Source: Zancudomyces culisetae HAW-14-8 (Eukaryota; Fungi; Kickxellomycota). From it: DNA of 64,000 bases. A model generated the notes under the pieces. It saw only the letters and a program-made list of their open reading frames with translations. It searched no databases and was not told the DNA's origin. Position 1 is the stretch's first letter. Every line of letters starts with the position of its first letter. A program made the position numbers and the translations under genes. Shown here piece after piece: positions 47,899 to 59,446 of this stretch. The stretch spans positions 1,674,001 to 1,738,000 of the forward strand of contig JBNJNM010000008.1 in NCBI GenBank assembly GCA_052426225.1. Reading direction: 5' to 3'.

Positions 47899-49680
47899 AT
47901 GCGACAACTAATATCAAAAACTCTCAGAAGGGATTTTCTGACAGATTCCCTTATAAAAAAGCTGCCGGCACGAGGAATAGTTGGGAAAATTGGCTTGAGA
48001 AATGTACTTGCATTGAAACGCACTAACAGCCCCATCTTGAACACCGTGAGATATAAAACGGATACCACAACACTTAAGGACAAAAACCAAACGATTCCTA
48101 AAGCCGAAGATCTGAAACATCCAAAAATATATAAAAAAGATGAGGGGGAACCAATGGTAACGACCTTGAAAAATGGATTGCAAATAGTTTCTGAAAACAA
48201 ACCTGGACATTTTTCTGTGGTTGGCGTATATGTGGATTCTGGCTCAAGATATGAAACACAAGAGACGATAGGATATAGCTATGTTCTCGACCGTATGTCT
48301 TTTAAAGCCACCAAAAGATTCAACAGTGAGCTAATAAAGGAAAAAATAGAAGAATTAGGTGGGAGCATTTCAAGTTTTGCGACCAAGGAATGTATGATGT
48401 ATCAAGCTGCTATATTTCCCGAAGACGTGGGAAAGACCGTTGAGCTTTTGGGAGAAGCTGTACTGAAACCAAAGTTTTTAAAAGAGGACCTAGAGGAAAC
48501 TTTGCTGGGGATTCCTTGGGAATTGGAGGATATCAAATCGAAAGATGAAATATATCTACCGGAACTATTCCACAGCGTTGCATACAGTAACAAAACGTTG
48601 GGAAACAATATTCTGGAGCTTCTTAGAAATATCGAAACAATAACTACCGAGACTCTCAACGAATATCATAAAAAATGGTACACACCTGACCGCATAGTTA
48701 TAGCTGCAGTAGGTGTTGAGCATGATAAATTTGTTGAGCTGTGCAAGAAAGCAGGTTTTGGTGAAGAGCCTTGTTCAGATCAGGCCTCAGCGCTCATAGA
48801 AACAGAGGTAGATGCCAATAAAGGCCACAAGTCCACCAAATTTAGCTTCCGTGATATATTGTTTAAAAAAACAGAAAACATTAACCCAGTATCATCAATG
48901 GATGTGCCTGTGCTGTCAAAACTAAAAGCAAACTATACCGGTGGCACTTTGTTTGTACCAGATCCTGCTGCAGAATTTACTTCTTTGTACCTTGGCTTTG
49001 AATCCTCAGGGATTTTTGACGAAAAAAAGCTATACGCATACGCCACTCTACAGATGCTTCTAGGAGGAGGAGGGTCGTTTTCTGCTGGAGGTCCTGGAAA
49101 GGGGATGTATTCCAGGCTTTACACCAGAGTACTAAATCAATGTAGCTGGGCCGAATCCTGTGTCGCATTTCATCATTGTTATAATGACACTGGGCTATTT
49201 GGAATCAGTGCATCGTGCCATCCGGGTTCTGAACACGCAATGCTGGAGACTGTAATAAAGGAATTTTTTGCAGTAGCCAATCTTTCTTCTACAAAAAACC
49301 AGTTTGTGAATACCGGCTCGTCCTCTTCTAATGGATCCTTCACTCTTTCTGGATATGGACCTTGGTCAACTTCTGGGCAGTCTCTAACCAACATTGAGGT
49401 CAGCAGAGCTAAAAACATGCTGAAAAGTAGCCTGCTAATGAACATTGAGAGCAGGGCTGTTCAGCTGGAAGATTTGGGTCGTCAGATTCAAGTTTTAGGC
49501 AAAAAGATATCGCCTGAAGAGGTTGTAGCAAAGATAGAGGAGGTGACGGCCGAAGACCTTAATCAGGTTGCTGCCGAGCTTTTGACCAAGCCTGCCACCG
49601 TTCTGGCTGTGGGTCAGGTGAAAGGGCTGGAGAATTTTGCCTTGAAAATGCTACAATCTTATGGCTTAACTACATTCTAA
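47899..49680 (+). CDS. MAS2: Mitochondrial processing peptidase alpha subunit (M16)
   Basis: TTLKNGL, VDSGSRYE, the glycine-rich loop LLGGGGSFSAGGPGKGMYSRLY, and an Arg-rich presequence. Confidence 0.95.
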   Translation: MRQLISKTLRRDFLTDSLIKKLPARGIVGKIGLRNVLALKRTNSPILNTVRYKTDTTTLKDKNQTIPKAEDLKHPKIYKKDEGEPMVTTLKNGLQIVSENKPGHFSVVGVYVDSGSRYETQETIGYSYVLDRMSFKATKRFNSELIKEKIEELGGSISSFATKECMMYQAAIFPEDVGKTVELLGEAVLKPKFLKEDLEETLLGIPWELEDIKSKDEIYLPELFHSVAYSNKTLGNNILELLRNIETITTETLNEYHKKWYTPDRIVIAAVGVEHDKFVELCKKAGFGEEPCSDQASALIETEVDANKGHKSTKFSFRDILFKKTENINPVSSMDVPVLSKLKANYTGGTLFVPDPAAEFTSLYLGFESSGIFDEKKLYAYATLQMLLGGGGSFSAGGPGKGMYSRLYTRVLNQCSWAESCVAFHHCYNDTGLFGISASCHPGSEHAMLETVIKEFFAVANLSSTKNQFVNTGSSSSNGSFTLSGYGPWSTSGQSLTNIEVSRAKNMLKSSLLMNIESRAVQLEDLGRQIQVLGKKISPEEVVAKIEEVTAEDLNQVAAELLTKPATVLAVGQVKGLENFALKMLQSYGLTTF

Positions 49681-50087
49681 TACTTTTACTGTAGCGTATT
49701 TGTTTTTATTCCTTGTTCTTGCAAACCCTCTACCACATCACTTTTTATTATTATTAATCTGTGCTTTTTTAAACATTTTTCACTATTCTCACCACCACTA
49801 AACGTAAGATACAAATCAAAAAGCAGACTTTGAGTTAATTCACGCTTGGCTTGCGCTTTACGAGTTTTTATTACTCAGGCACTATTCGGGTGTGGGGGGA
49901 GGAGAGAGAGAGATAAAAGCCCCTATATATTAAATTTAAAGTGCACTTATTTTAGCTAATTAGTTGGTATATTCTAAACATCTAAATTAAAATGTATAAG
50001 AACAAAGTAAAATAAGTTTCTATCAACAGAATGGAAAATTTTATTCGATGGTCAGGCGAATTTACACGTATATCTTTACGATGGTAT

Positions 50088-51026
50088 TTAATCTTTTGTG
50101 TATATTATTTTATCCTTGCAGCCATATGAACCTAGCCATTTATTTTTAACCAAATCATTCATTACTGGAATAATGCCTATCTCGCTTATGCTTTTCCCAG
50201 AAGTGTGTTTCAAATATTCAGCTGTTACAAAAGTGGTTGCACAGGACATTGATACTGCATAGCTATCTAAATTCTCCAAGCTATCAAGTTCAAAAGTTTT
50301 CTTGGACTTATCCTCCACATCATTCACTGTTTCTTTATTATCTTTTTGCTGGACTTTGTCAGTATCTTGTTTGCCTGCGTGTGGGGCCGAGCAGCTAAAA
50401 CATAGCAGGTCCCAATTTTCACCTAATTCTTGTCGAATACTGACCATTTTTTGCCTAACATCCTTTACCATGTTTGTACTGTCAGACAATATCAGTGCGC
50501 CATTCTCGTAGCCATTATCCACAATTCGCTGATATATATCCATATGTACTTTTGTGATTTCGTCTGTGTTCTTTCTAACAAATTCGAATTTAACACCTAG
50601 CTCCTTTAACAAGTCTCGCATCCGCACTCTGCCCTTAGAATCGGTCGCTGAGGAAATGACATATACTTTGTCAAATCCAAGTGTGTTGCTTCTTTCCGAC
50701 TTTCCCTTTATATTCTGGTACTTATCACTCATCACATTTCTGCTTCCTATACCTGCATAATCTAGATATTTGGCAATGCCATCCATATTCACCAAGGGCT
50801 TGGGTTCTTTGATTTCGTAGTTTCCTCTACCCAAATCACTATCCAGCCTTTGAATGATTTCTAGTTTCTGTTCGGCATTCAGTCCGTTATACTCATGCCA
50901 GGTTGGTACATGTACAGTTTTTCGGCTTAATACCAGGTATACCAGCAACATTGATGTAGTTGCCACAAATGATGCTAAGATTAACCGTATTATTGGCTTG
51001 GTAAGTCCTAGTCGCCTCCTTATCAT
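50088..51026 (-). CDS. Glycosyltransferase family 25-like type II membrane protein
   Basis: N-terminal TM anchor, TLGFDKVYVIS, HMDIYQRIVDNGYENGALILSD, WDLL and YAVS motifs. Confidence 0.7.
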   Translation of the reverse strand: MIRRRLGLTKPIIRLILASFVATTSMLLVYLVLSRKTVHVPTWHEYNGLNAEQKLEIIQRLDSDLGRGNYEIKEPKPLVNMDGIAKYLDYAGIGSRNVMSDKYQNIKGKSERSNTLGFDKVYVISSATDSKGRVRMRDLLKELGVKFEFVRKNTDEITKVHMDIYQRIVDNGYENGALILSDSTNMVKDVRQKMVSIRQELGENWDLLCFSCSAPHAGKQDTDKVQQKDNKETVNDVEDKSKKTFELDSLENLDSYAVSMSCATTFVTAEYLKHTSGKSISEIGIIPVMNDLVKNKWLGSYGCKDKIIYTKD

Positions 51027-52372
51027 CCTATTCTTCTGTTTTCCGTTTTCTTTGTTTGTTTTAGTTTTTTCTTACAACTGCGCTAATAAGTGCAAGGCTA
51101 AAAGTAAAAGTAAAAGTAAAAGTGAAAGTATTCAGCACCTATGTTGTGTTATTGTTGGTGTATTCTATTTTTATTTTACCTGTCGTTTTTTTTTCGCTTC
51201 TGCAAATATAGTAAAAATAGGAATTTATCAAAGTGGTTTGGTGGGATCTTGGGATAAGTCTTTTTTCTTTTTTGCTGATCAACTTGCTGCTTCCATAAAA
51301 AGAAAAATATTCATGCCGATAAACCGTTGGCCTGTTCATGTTCTTTGTGGGTTTACTTTTGTGATTGAGCGGGTTGAAAGAAAAAACTATTGTGCATTTA
51401 TTTTGCGCTCTGTTAATTTGCTAAAATATTGCTAAAGTGTACAATGTAAATGGTGAAATAATGAAGCAGCACATGGCCGAGAAATCTGAATTTTCATGCC
51501 AATGCTTTATACAATTGAGTGTATTAACCCAAAGCTAGTCTCGAATTTCACGACTAATTAAGAGGTTTCAATACTACATAAAAAAATAAAAAGAAGCTAA
51601 AAAAGCTACCCACAGATAACTAAATTAGCGTGCTAAAGTAGTCGTTGAATGCACCTATGAAGATTTGGATATCTCAGAGCTAAGGGATCAAAGCAAAATA
51701 AATTAATATCGTTGGCGCTATATATTTTAAATCCTTGTATGTAATGCCCAACAACAAGTATAATACGGAACTTTTAGTTTTCACAAGTTTTGTTGTTCAT
51801 AACAGTCTTGGCTCTCTTGAGATTGTTAAATGCACCACCACTATTATCAATCTAGTCGTGAATGTAACCACGATACCTCCATTGCTCAAAATACGTTTTC
51901 GCTCATTAGAACCCTTTAATATCAGATTAAAAAACGAACTGCTAGTGGAGAGGAGAAGGGTCAGAGGTACTAGCATTCCGTACCCCAGAAAACTGGATAG
52001 GCTGACGCTAAAAAGTGGTAAATCCTTGGAAGGGTTTGTTTGGTTTTTAAACTCCATAAAAAAAGGCTCAAGCAAATGTGAGCTTTTCTGGAAAAACTAT
52101 AGCAATTGTTGTAACTGCTGATTTATTCATTTGATGCTGACTGTTAATATACAATACGTCCATGCTTAGACAATCGTTTTTTTTACAATTTCTTTTTAGT
52201 GAAACCCAAGTTTAGTTTCATTTACGAAATAATAATATTTTTAGTATAGTAAGCCCGACAATCATACAAAAAAAAAATAACTGAGTATCGAATACTGATT
52301 AATTCAACTAACTAGAAAATTGTACCCACCATCGCCACCATCGCCACCATCACCACCATCACCACCGCGGAC

Positions 52373-55294
52373 CTAGTCTACCTTAAACGCGTCTTTTACT
52401 GACTGGACAGCGAATTGAACACACTTGGCATTTAAGCGGTATAGATCACCATCAACACCGTTCGCTGATAAGGTAGAGAGCTTTTGAGAACTTGTATACG
52501 TTTGTACCAAGTCACCACCAGTGTTTTGTTTCTCGGCTGGTTTCATATTTCTGATTTTTACAGTAAATTCGGAAGGTTTCTGTGGTTGGGCTTTGTGAGC
52601 AAATGCATTTGCAATCAGGGAAATACGGTGAGCTTTTTTGGCGGCCTTTGCAGCCTTGTCAGAAAGCGATGGCCAGGTTGAGTTTAAGACAGCTTTAAAT
52701 AGTCCAAACGAAATCAAAAACACATGTTCAGCCAAGAAAGCGCAATACAGAGCCACATTCCAATTTGTTCTTCCAGAAAAGGATATGGTTTCGGCGGTAT
52801 CTTCAGGTGATCCTGCGGACGGGTAGTCAAACAAAAAGAAGTTTTTACTGAATTGGTACACCAAAAGCGTGTTTGCGATCGACCCTAGCCAAGCGGTCAA
52901 TCTCAGAATATACAACCACTGACCGATAGAGTTTGCACGCACTGGAACAGGCCTTTGAAACGAGGAGCATATTTTTGCGGCATCCGAACGCAGTTCTATT
53001 CCGTTGTTGAGAAATGCAACAAGCGGAGCCAGCGGCCAGGCTACTGAGTAGAAAGTAACATACCCGAATTGCGTTGCCATCTCAGCGTAGTCTGAATAGA
53101 TAGAGTATACGGGTAAATCGGCCTCCCTAGTTACTTGATGAATGAAGCGTGCCTGGTAAAGCCCTAGTTGAGGAAGGTTGGCAAGTTCGTTCACACTTTG
53201 TTCATCTCCTTCGGCACTGATAGTATTGTATCCTAGAAATGACTCTGCAAAATCAAATGTAGATAAAAACGTAGCCGATTTTCCTTTTAGATTTCTTATG
53301 CTTCGCCTGTTCGATACTTGACCTGCAAAGTTCTTTGAGCCAAGACGAGGTCTTACGCCTACTTCTCCCTTACTAGCTGAATCTTCCATCTTACCCGCAG
53401 GTGAGGATACGGATTCCTCTTTTGAGTCTGCTACATTTTTTTTGATTTGTTTGCGGGCATCCCACCATCTCATTACAGCAGGTATTATAGAACCAGTGAT
53501 TTGCGAAACTACTCTTTCTGTAAGAACCGAGTATATCAACAACGCTTGAAGTTTGTTTGCGGCAGGTACAGAGTTGTGTTTCAGGGCCTGTGCTACCGAA
53601 CTTGTAAGCCTACGTCCTTTCCTAAACGGATAAAGTATGAGCTTATAAAACTTTGACCAGACTGTGCGACAACCTGCCTCAAACCCTCTTCTGAATGGAA
53701 GAAACACCCATGCCATCAATAACATTGATCCTTGGTCTCGCAAAAATTGAAACGTGAATAGCTTGAGCAAATACTGTTGTGAGTATTCAGAGTCATACTC
53801 ATAATTTTCAAAGTCATTTAACGATTCCGCAATTTTTTCACATATACTAGTGAAGGTTGGAACTAGAAGCGAATAAATAACAGTTGGTAAAAACACCAGA
53901 ATGGACGAAAATGGTCCGTCGTACATATCTTCCATAAATATTTGGAGTGCAAACATCGCTGATATAAGCCCCGCCATTGCCACCAAGAATAACAACATTA
54001 CTGGTAAACCAACAGCCCTTCGCATCCACCGCTCTAGCTGTGAAAATTCTGGAACTGCTTCTCCTGTAGCGCTGTCAACGCCAAATGTTTTAGGTTTGAA
54101 ATCAATTCTTCGGCTTTCCTTTTCTCTAATATCACCTTGAAGACCCCAAACTGTCGCTAAATCATCCTGTTTCCTCTCCCACGTCTCTGTAAATGCTATA
54201 CTCCATAACATTGTTGTGATCGAGACAACAATTGAGAATGAGTCGATAAAGAAAAACGCAATCACACCAATAACTGTAGGTATAGCCAACATCATCAGAT
54301 AGTGTTGTAGAAATCCAAAATATATTGCTATTTCCTCCCCAAAATGCGTCCTCAACTCACAAATGTCCCGATTGTTAATAAACCATTTTGTCGACCATTT
54401 TTTCAGCCACTCCTTGTTGTACTGTCGATCGTGCAACGGAAAAATACCCCTAACCCACCTTTCTCTGTCCAAGCGTATATTAGCACCTCCCTCTTGTGTT
54501 GGACCGGTTATTATCCCATATACCAGTCTCTGTCTTTCTGCCTCGGCCAACCAGATACCACTGGAGTCTGCACGCATGTCGGATTTTGTCGTTTCGCTGT
54601 CTCTTTTTTCATATTGCATTCTATTTTTTATCAAATCGATCGGTTCTATTGTTGATTGACCATATTGGTACTGTTTTTTCCTATATTCGTGTTCTATACG
54701 TGCTTTACTACAAGAAACAAACAGTAAAAGCTGATTCTCATTCATAAATATGTTGTATTTTTCTAGCTCTTCAGTACACGAACGAGGCCTAGCACCCTCA
54801 GCTGTAGGTGTTTTCGCTTCTTTACCATTTTTTCTCTCCAACCTGCTTATACCCCTTCTTATTTCTACGTATAAACCAGCATCAGTCAATCTACTTATAA
54901 TGTCCGTTATGGATCTCTCAACCATTCGTTGTTTTTCTGCTCTTTTTTTTCCAAGTTCCTCGGCACCTAAAGCTCTGTCCTTTATAGCTGTGAACATACC
55001 CGATTTTGAAGGTGGAGTGTATTTGAAGACAATGACAAAATCGGAGTATAGCTCGTTTTCTGAGTCCAAAGCACGTTCAACAAATTCCTCTTTGATATAT
55101 TTATTTCTTCGAACCTCTTGCTGCCGATTCCAGTGAATACGGATATTCTCCATAAATGTCAGTCTACTCTGGTATTCTGTTATATCTGCAGTCTTTTCGC
55201 TATCACTGCCATATCCAAGATCCGGGTTGTCATTAATAGTTGAAGTGTCCAGTGATAGCTGGGCTTTGCTGCGGTTTTTTGTTTCCTCTTTCAT
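52373..55294 (-). CDS. IST2: Anoctamin/TMEM16 family (Ist2-like) Ca-activated scramblase/channel
   Basis: IFPLHD, HFGEEIAIYFGFL, LNDFENY, DYAEMATQFGY, WPLAPL, NNGIELRSDAAKI, QRPVP.RA.SIG.W and multiple TM helices. Confidence 0.9.
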   Translation of the reverse strand: MKEETKNRSKAQLSLDTSTINDNPDLGYGSDSEKTADITEYQSRLTFMENIRIHWNRQQEVRRNKYIKEEFVERALDSENELYSDFVIVFKYTPPSKSGMFTAIKDRALGAEELGKKRAEKQRMVERSITDIISRLTDAGLYVEIRRGISRLERKNGKEAKTPTAEGARPRSCTEELEKYNIFMNENQLLLFVSCSKARIEHEYRKKQYQYGQSTIEPIDLIKNRMQYEKRDSETTKSDMRADSSGIWLAEAERQRLVYGIITGPTQEGGANIRLDRERWVRGIFPLHDRQYNKEWLKKWSTKWFINNRDICELRTHFGEEIAIYFGFLQHYLMMLAIPTVIGVIAFFFIDSFSIVVSITTMLWSIAFTETWERKQDDLATVWGLQGDIREKESRRIDFKPKTFGVDSATGEAVPEFSQLERWMRRAVGLPVMLLFLVAMAGLISAMFALQIFMEDMYDGPFSSILVFLPTVIYSLLVPTFTSICEKIAESLNDFENYEYDSEYSQQYLLKLFTFQFLRDQGSMLLMAWVFLPFRRGFEAGCRTVWSKFYKLILYPFRKGRRLTSSVAQALKHNSVPAANKLQALLIYSVLTERVVSQITGSIIPAVMRWWDARKQIKKNVADSKEESVSSPAGKMEDSASKGEVGVRPRLGSKNFAGQVSNRRSIRNLKGKSATFLSTFDFAESFLGYNTISAEGDEQSVNELANLPQLGLYQARFIHQVTREADLPVYSIYSDYAEMATQFGYVTFYSVAWPLAPLVAFLNNGIELRSDAAKICSSFQRPVPVRANSIGQWLYILRLTAWLGSIANTLLVYQFSKNFFLFDYPSAGSPEDTAETISFSGRTNWNVALYCAFLAEHVFLISFGLFKAVLNSTWPSLSDKAAKAAKKAHRISLIANAFAHKAQPQKPSEFTVKIRNMKPAEKQNTGGDLVQTYTSSQKLSTLSANGVDGDLYRLNAKCVQFAVQSVKDAFKVD

Positions 55295-57057
55295 TTCCAC
55301 TTTGTAAAAGGAGGCTCAATAGTTTAAATTCAATCTTTTTTTTTCTCCAGTCTTGCGGAAATACAGTAAAATATATGCCTAAATCGATACTACTCTAATG
55401 TTTTATTTTGTTATGTCTGTTCGTAAACCCTTTGAACGCTTTTAGACCATATTTAACTCTTTCTGACTTTAGCGCAATTCAAGCAAATTCCGAATGAAAA
55501 TAACGTGGGAATAAATTCATCCGATTTTTTGTCTGAGCTCAAAAATCCTGAGGATCAGTTAAAATGGAAATTGGCTATTTCTTTTTGTTTTTACTTGCAG
55601 TAAATAAATGCCATCCATAAACGAGAGAAAACATAAAGCGCTAATGGGCTATCTCACATAAAAAGGCTATTTTCTCATCCAATATAATTAAAAAGTTAGC
55701 TAGATTTACGTAATTGTTTGCTATTGAAACCAACAAACAATAATTTTTTTCTGCGATTCAACTTATCCTAGACAAATCGTTTACGCCAATAGTTTGTCTT
55801 TGCAGGCCCACTGCAAACTATGACCACTTGTTACAGGGTGAGTCTTGATCAGGAAAATGCACCTAAAATTATTCATTAAGCAAGTATCATTCTAAAACAC
55901 AGCTGAGCAATATTGTGTTTGTGAAAAAAAGGAAAGGGGCGTATATGTGTATGTATGTACTTATATGTTATTCATGCGTGTATTTATGTGTGCCTTATTA
56001 AAGATAGGACGGGGGAAATACTGGAACAATTGAATTGGTAAATGCTCTTGCGAGTGATGTGGAATAAGGATGGAAAACTAGAGTATGTTATTTATAAAAA
56101 AATACAAGTTTAGCTCCAGAAGCTTTTGGTTTGTAGTTTTGTTGAGTAAACAGGGAACGGGAATATCGTAGTTAGTGATAATATTGCGTATGCATCCCCG
56201 CTCAGCTAGAACAAACCTCATAGCTTATATCTTTTCTTAAAGGTCTTTTTTTTTAAAAAAAAAAAAAGGTATGAAAGCTAGCACTTGGTCTTTCGGAAAA
56301 AGTGACCAGCAGCTTTATAGTACTGCTAACTAAACCGTTGACCCAAGAAAGTCAGATAGTCGCCTTGATGGCTAATGAAAAAATTGGCTTGATATTAAAA
56401 TGTGATCATGTGTTACGCATCGTAATACGCAAAGAGTCTATACCAATCTCTAAAAAGAAGAAAAATAACACAAGCCCAGTTTAAACGCTTTGAAAGGATT
56501 TTACAAGAAAGAGCTGGTATTAGTGTATAAAATGCTGGTAAATACTAACAACAACGCAGGTAGGCAAAACAGTTTCTATGCTTTCAAAAGACAAAAAAAG
56601 AATATTCGTACGCAGGCCAAAACGGGTGGGGGAGTATTACATTATTTCTCTACGGGCTCTACTGCTACTAATATCATTACATAGCCATCTCACTAGTAGA
56701 CAGTTTTTTTTCACTTTTTTAGAGAAATCTACTATACTATCTTTATAGTTTCGGCAAACACTTTGGCAAAACTACGGTAAAAAATTTTTTTATCAAAACC
56801 AACATCCCCAGGTCTAAAATGAAAATTTTAAATGAAATCAAAATAAAGGAGAAATAGATTAGCCAATTTGCTAGGAACTCAAATGGGCCAATAGCAATTT
56901 AGATAAAAAAATTTCAAAAAAAAATCGAGGATAGAGTAGAAAGCTGAAAAAAAATCAGGAATAATAGAATAAAAATAATAATAGTAACACTTTTCAAAAT
57001 TATCCTTTTTTTTTCAAGACTATAGGTAATAGTTTGGTGGAATAAAGTACTAGAAGA

Positions 57058-57959
57058 ATGGGTAAGTTTAAGTCAGATATATGATATGTTAAGTCTAGAA
57101 TTGAACAATGATAAGCGGAGTGATATGTTAATGAAAAGCATATAGTAAGAATCAAAAATTGGAACGTACTAATTTTGGATTCAATTAGCAAAGCGAGTTT
57201 AATAATCGATTTCGGATTGCGGCTAGTACCGCGCTATTTAATTTGAATCCTTAAAACTTTAAGAATTAAATAAGCAAGTGTGAAGCAGTGATGTGTCAAC
57301 GGTCAGAAATTTAACAGAACATGAATATTTAAATACAATTAGGTATAAGTAGAGATTCACGCCACAAGCGTTCACACACTGGTGCCAAACGTGCCCACTA
57401 TAGAAAGAAGAGAAAGTTTGAGCTCGGACGTCAACCAGCAAACACCAAGATCGGAGCAAAGAGAATACACGAGGTCAGAGTTAGAGGTGGAAACAGAAAA
57501 TTCAGAGCCTTGAGACTCGAAACAGGAAATTTCACATGGGCATCTCAATCTACCACCCGTAAGACACGTATTGTTGTTGTGTCATACAACGCCTCAAACA
57601 ACGAGTTGGTTCGTACAAACACCTTGGTTAAGGGATCAGTTATCCAAATTGACGCAACTCCATTCCGTCAATGGTACGAAAACCACTATGCTTTGCCTTT
57701 GGGAAAGAAGAAGCGTCAAGGAAAGGATGCCAATGAGGAATCTGAGGAATCCAAGAAACGATCAAACCACTTGATGCGCAAAGTTGAGGCACGTAGAGAT
57801 GATGCTAAGATTGACCAACATCTTGAAGAACAATTCAACTCCGGCCGTTTGTATGCTATTATCACCTCACGCCCAGGTCAATCTGGACGTTGTGATGGAT
57901 ATATTCTTGAAGGCAAAGAGCTCGACTTCTACCTAAGAAAGATCCGCTCCAAGAAATAA
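57058..57959 (+). CDS. RPS8: 40S ribosomal protein S8 (eS8); exon 57058-57061, intron 57062-57342, exon 57343-57959
   Basis: [18 protein letters not shown]...[18 protein letters not shown]...[19 protein letters not shown]. Confidence 0.97.
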
Positions 57960-58094
57960 ATGATACTTCTAGTATATATTCTTTGTCTTTGATAAATGTT
58001 TGACTTTTCATTACAACCTTTATAAATAAACTATTTATTTAATTTGGTTGTGTTTCCAAACAAATAAATATGTCTTCACATGTATTTCTTGTAG

Positions 58095-58275
58095 GTAGGT
58101 GAATAGAGGAGTGCTTATGTTTTTGAGGAGGGGTAATAAAGAAAAGATGAAAAAGTATATTGGATCGGAAAAGGACAAAACAGCGAGGAGCGTACTATTA
58201 GAAAGATGCTCTCGTAATGACAAGTCTAAAATCTCAAGATGGCTGTTAGACAGGAATCTCGAGGGAATGAGTAAA
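58095..58275 (+). mobile_element. Divergent LINE ORF2 fragment (probably family B)
   Basis: The translation ...RNDKSKISRWLLDRNL resembles the A ORF2 stretch LKDKSNITKWIKEVG. It abuts the A copy. Confidence 0.55.
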
Positions 58276-59128
58276 AGCATTCCATAAATGGAGTGGCATG
58301 AAAACATGGATAGCAGATTTAATACAGAACCCCTTCAAACACTCGAAGGACACTTGGGTCACAGGGTACACAAGGTGGTCTAACAGATTCAACAGGATCA
58401 AGATTGATAATGTACCAACCGGAGAGGTAAGAAAAACCAAAGAGACACTCGAGATAAACAACAGGCTGAAAGACAAGTCGAATATTACAAAGTGGATAAA
58501 GGAAGTTGGAGCAGGCCGACAAAGGAATTGGGTCGACTTACAAGCGGCCTTTCCACAGTACATGAAACACATTCTTTTCGTAGGTCGAATTCGAATAGGT
58601 CAATTTTGGACCGCCACGAGATTAGCAAATTCGGGTTTTATAGATCCAGATTACAAAGCCAAATGTCCGTTCTGTAAGAAAGAAGAAAAAGAAACAGTTG
58701 AGCATTACTTATTAGATTGCAGTAGATGGGACGAAATTAGGAAGGATTTACTTACTGAATTTATAGATTTTTATAGTTCTTTTTTATCTAGCACGATTTC
58801 CGAGTGTGTTGAGCTTCGCAGGAAAATCGTGGGTAAACTCCTGGGGGAGGAGTTAAAGCTCAAACTACCTGGGATTCTTCGGGATCCAAACGCCACTTGC
58901 GTTAGAGCAGTGGTCTCCACAGCCCGGTTTCTTAACGAGACCTTTTTACCTCGCTACCTAGTGTTGAAAGATATTAGTGTAGTCCCACTCCCCTTGAACC
59001 AATGCCCATCGGGTACGGAGACTCTAGAGAGTCAAAGGGGGATATGATGAGTTTAGATTATAGATTGTTTTTATTTTTAGGAACTGTTTATTTTCTAAAT
59101 AAATTTTTTTTCTACCGAAAAAAAAAAA
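58276..59128 (+). mobile_element. 5'-truncated LINE family A copy with poly(A)
   Basis: Near-identical to the A ORF2 end from agcattccataaatgg, followed by the 3'UTR and A-tail. Confidence 0.95.
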
Positions 59129-59446
59129 GTAAATAAATAAAATTTGTAGGACGACTCCTTGGAGGGGAGTCAAAAAGAATGGTTACTCTCTCCGTTAAGA
59201 AGAGAAAAACCGAAGCACCGTCTTTGGATGAGCTGGTAACGACACAATTTTTGGACGGAATATGTTGAACGAGGATACAAATCTTAGACCGACTTAGATC
59301 AGAAACAACCTCCTTAAACCAACGCCCGGTGGGTATGGAGTCCCTAGAGGGACGGAGGGGAATTGGTTAGGTAGATATTTTATAGGATTATTTTTTGTAG
59401 TTTTATGGGATATTTATTTAATAAATTCATCTATCATAAAAAAAAA
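59129..59446 (+). mobile_element. LINE family B 3' end with poly(A)
   Basis: About 12 differences from 11411-11726 over about 315 bp (counted by eye). Contains an in-frame TGA. Confidence 0.92.

Noticed and set aside
50854-52121. ORFs 50854-51435 and 51735-52121
   Set aside because: The first is partly antisense to the GT25-like gene. Neither shows recognisable domains or coding-like composition.
52325-52366. (CACCATCRC)n repeat just after the anoctamin stop
   Set aside because: Short simple repeat in a 3'UTR with no evidence of function.
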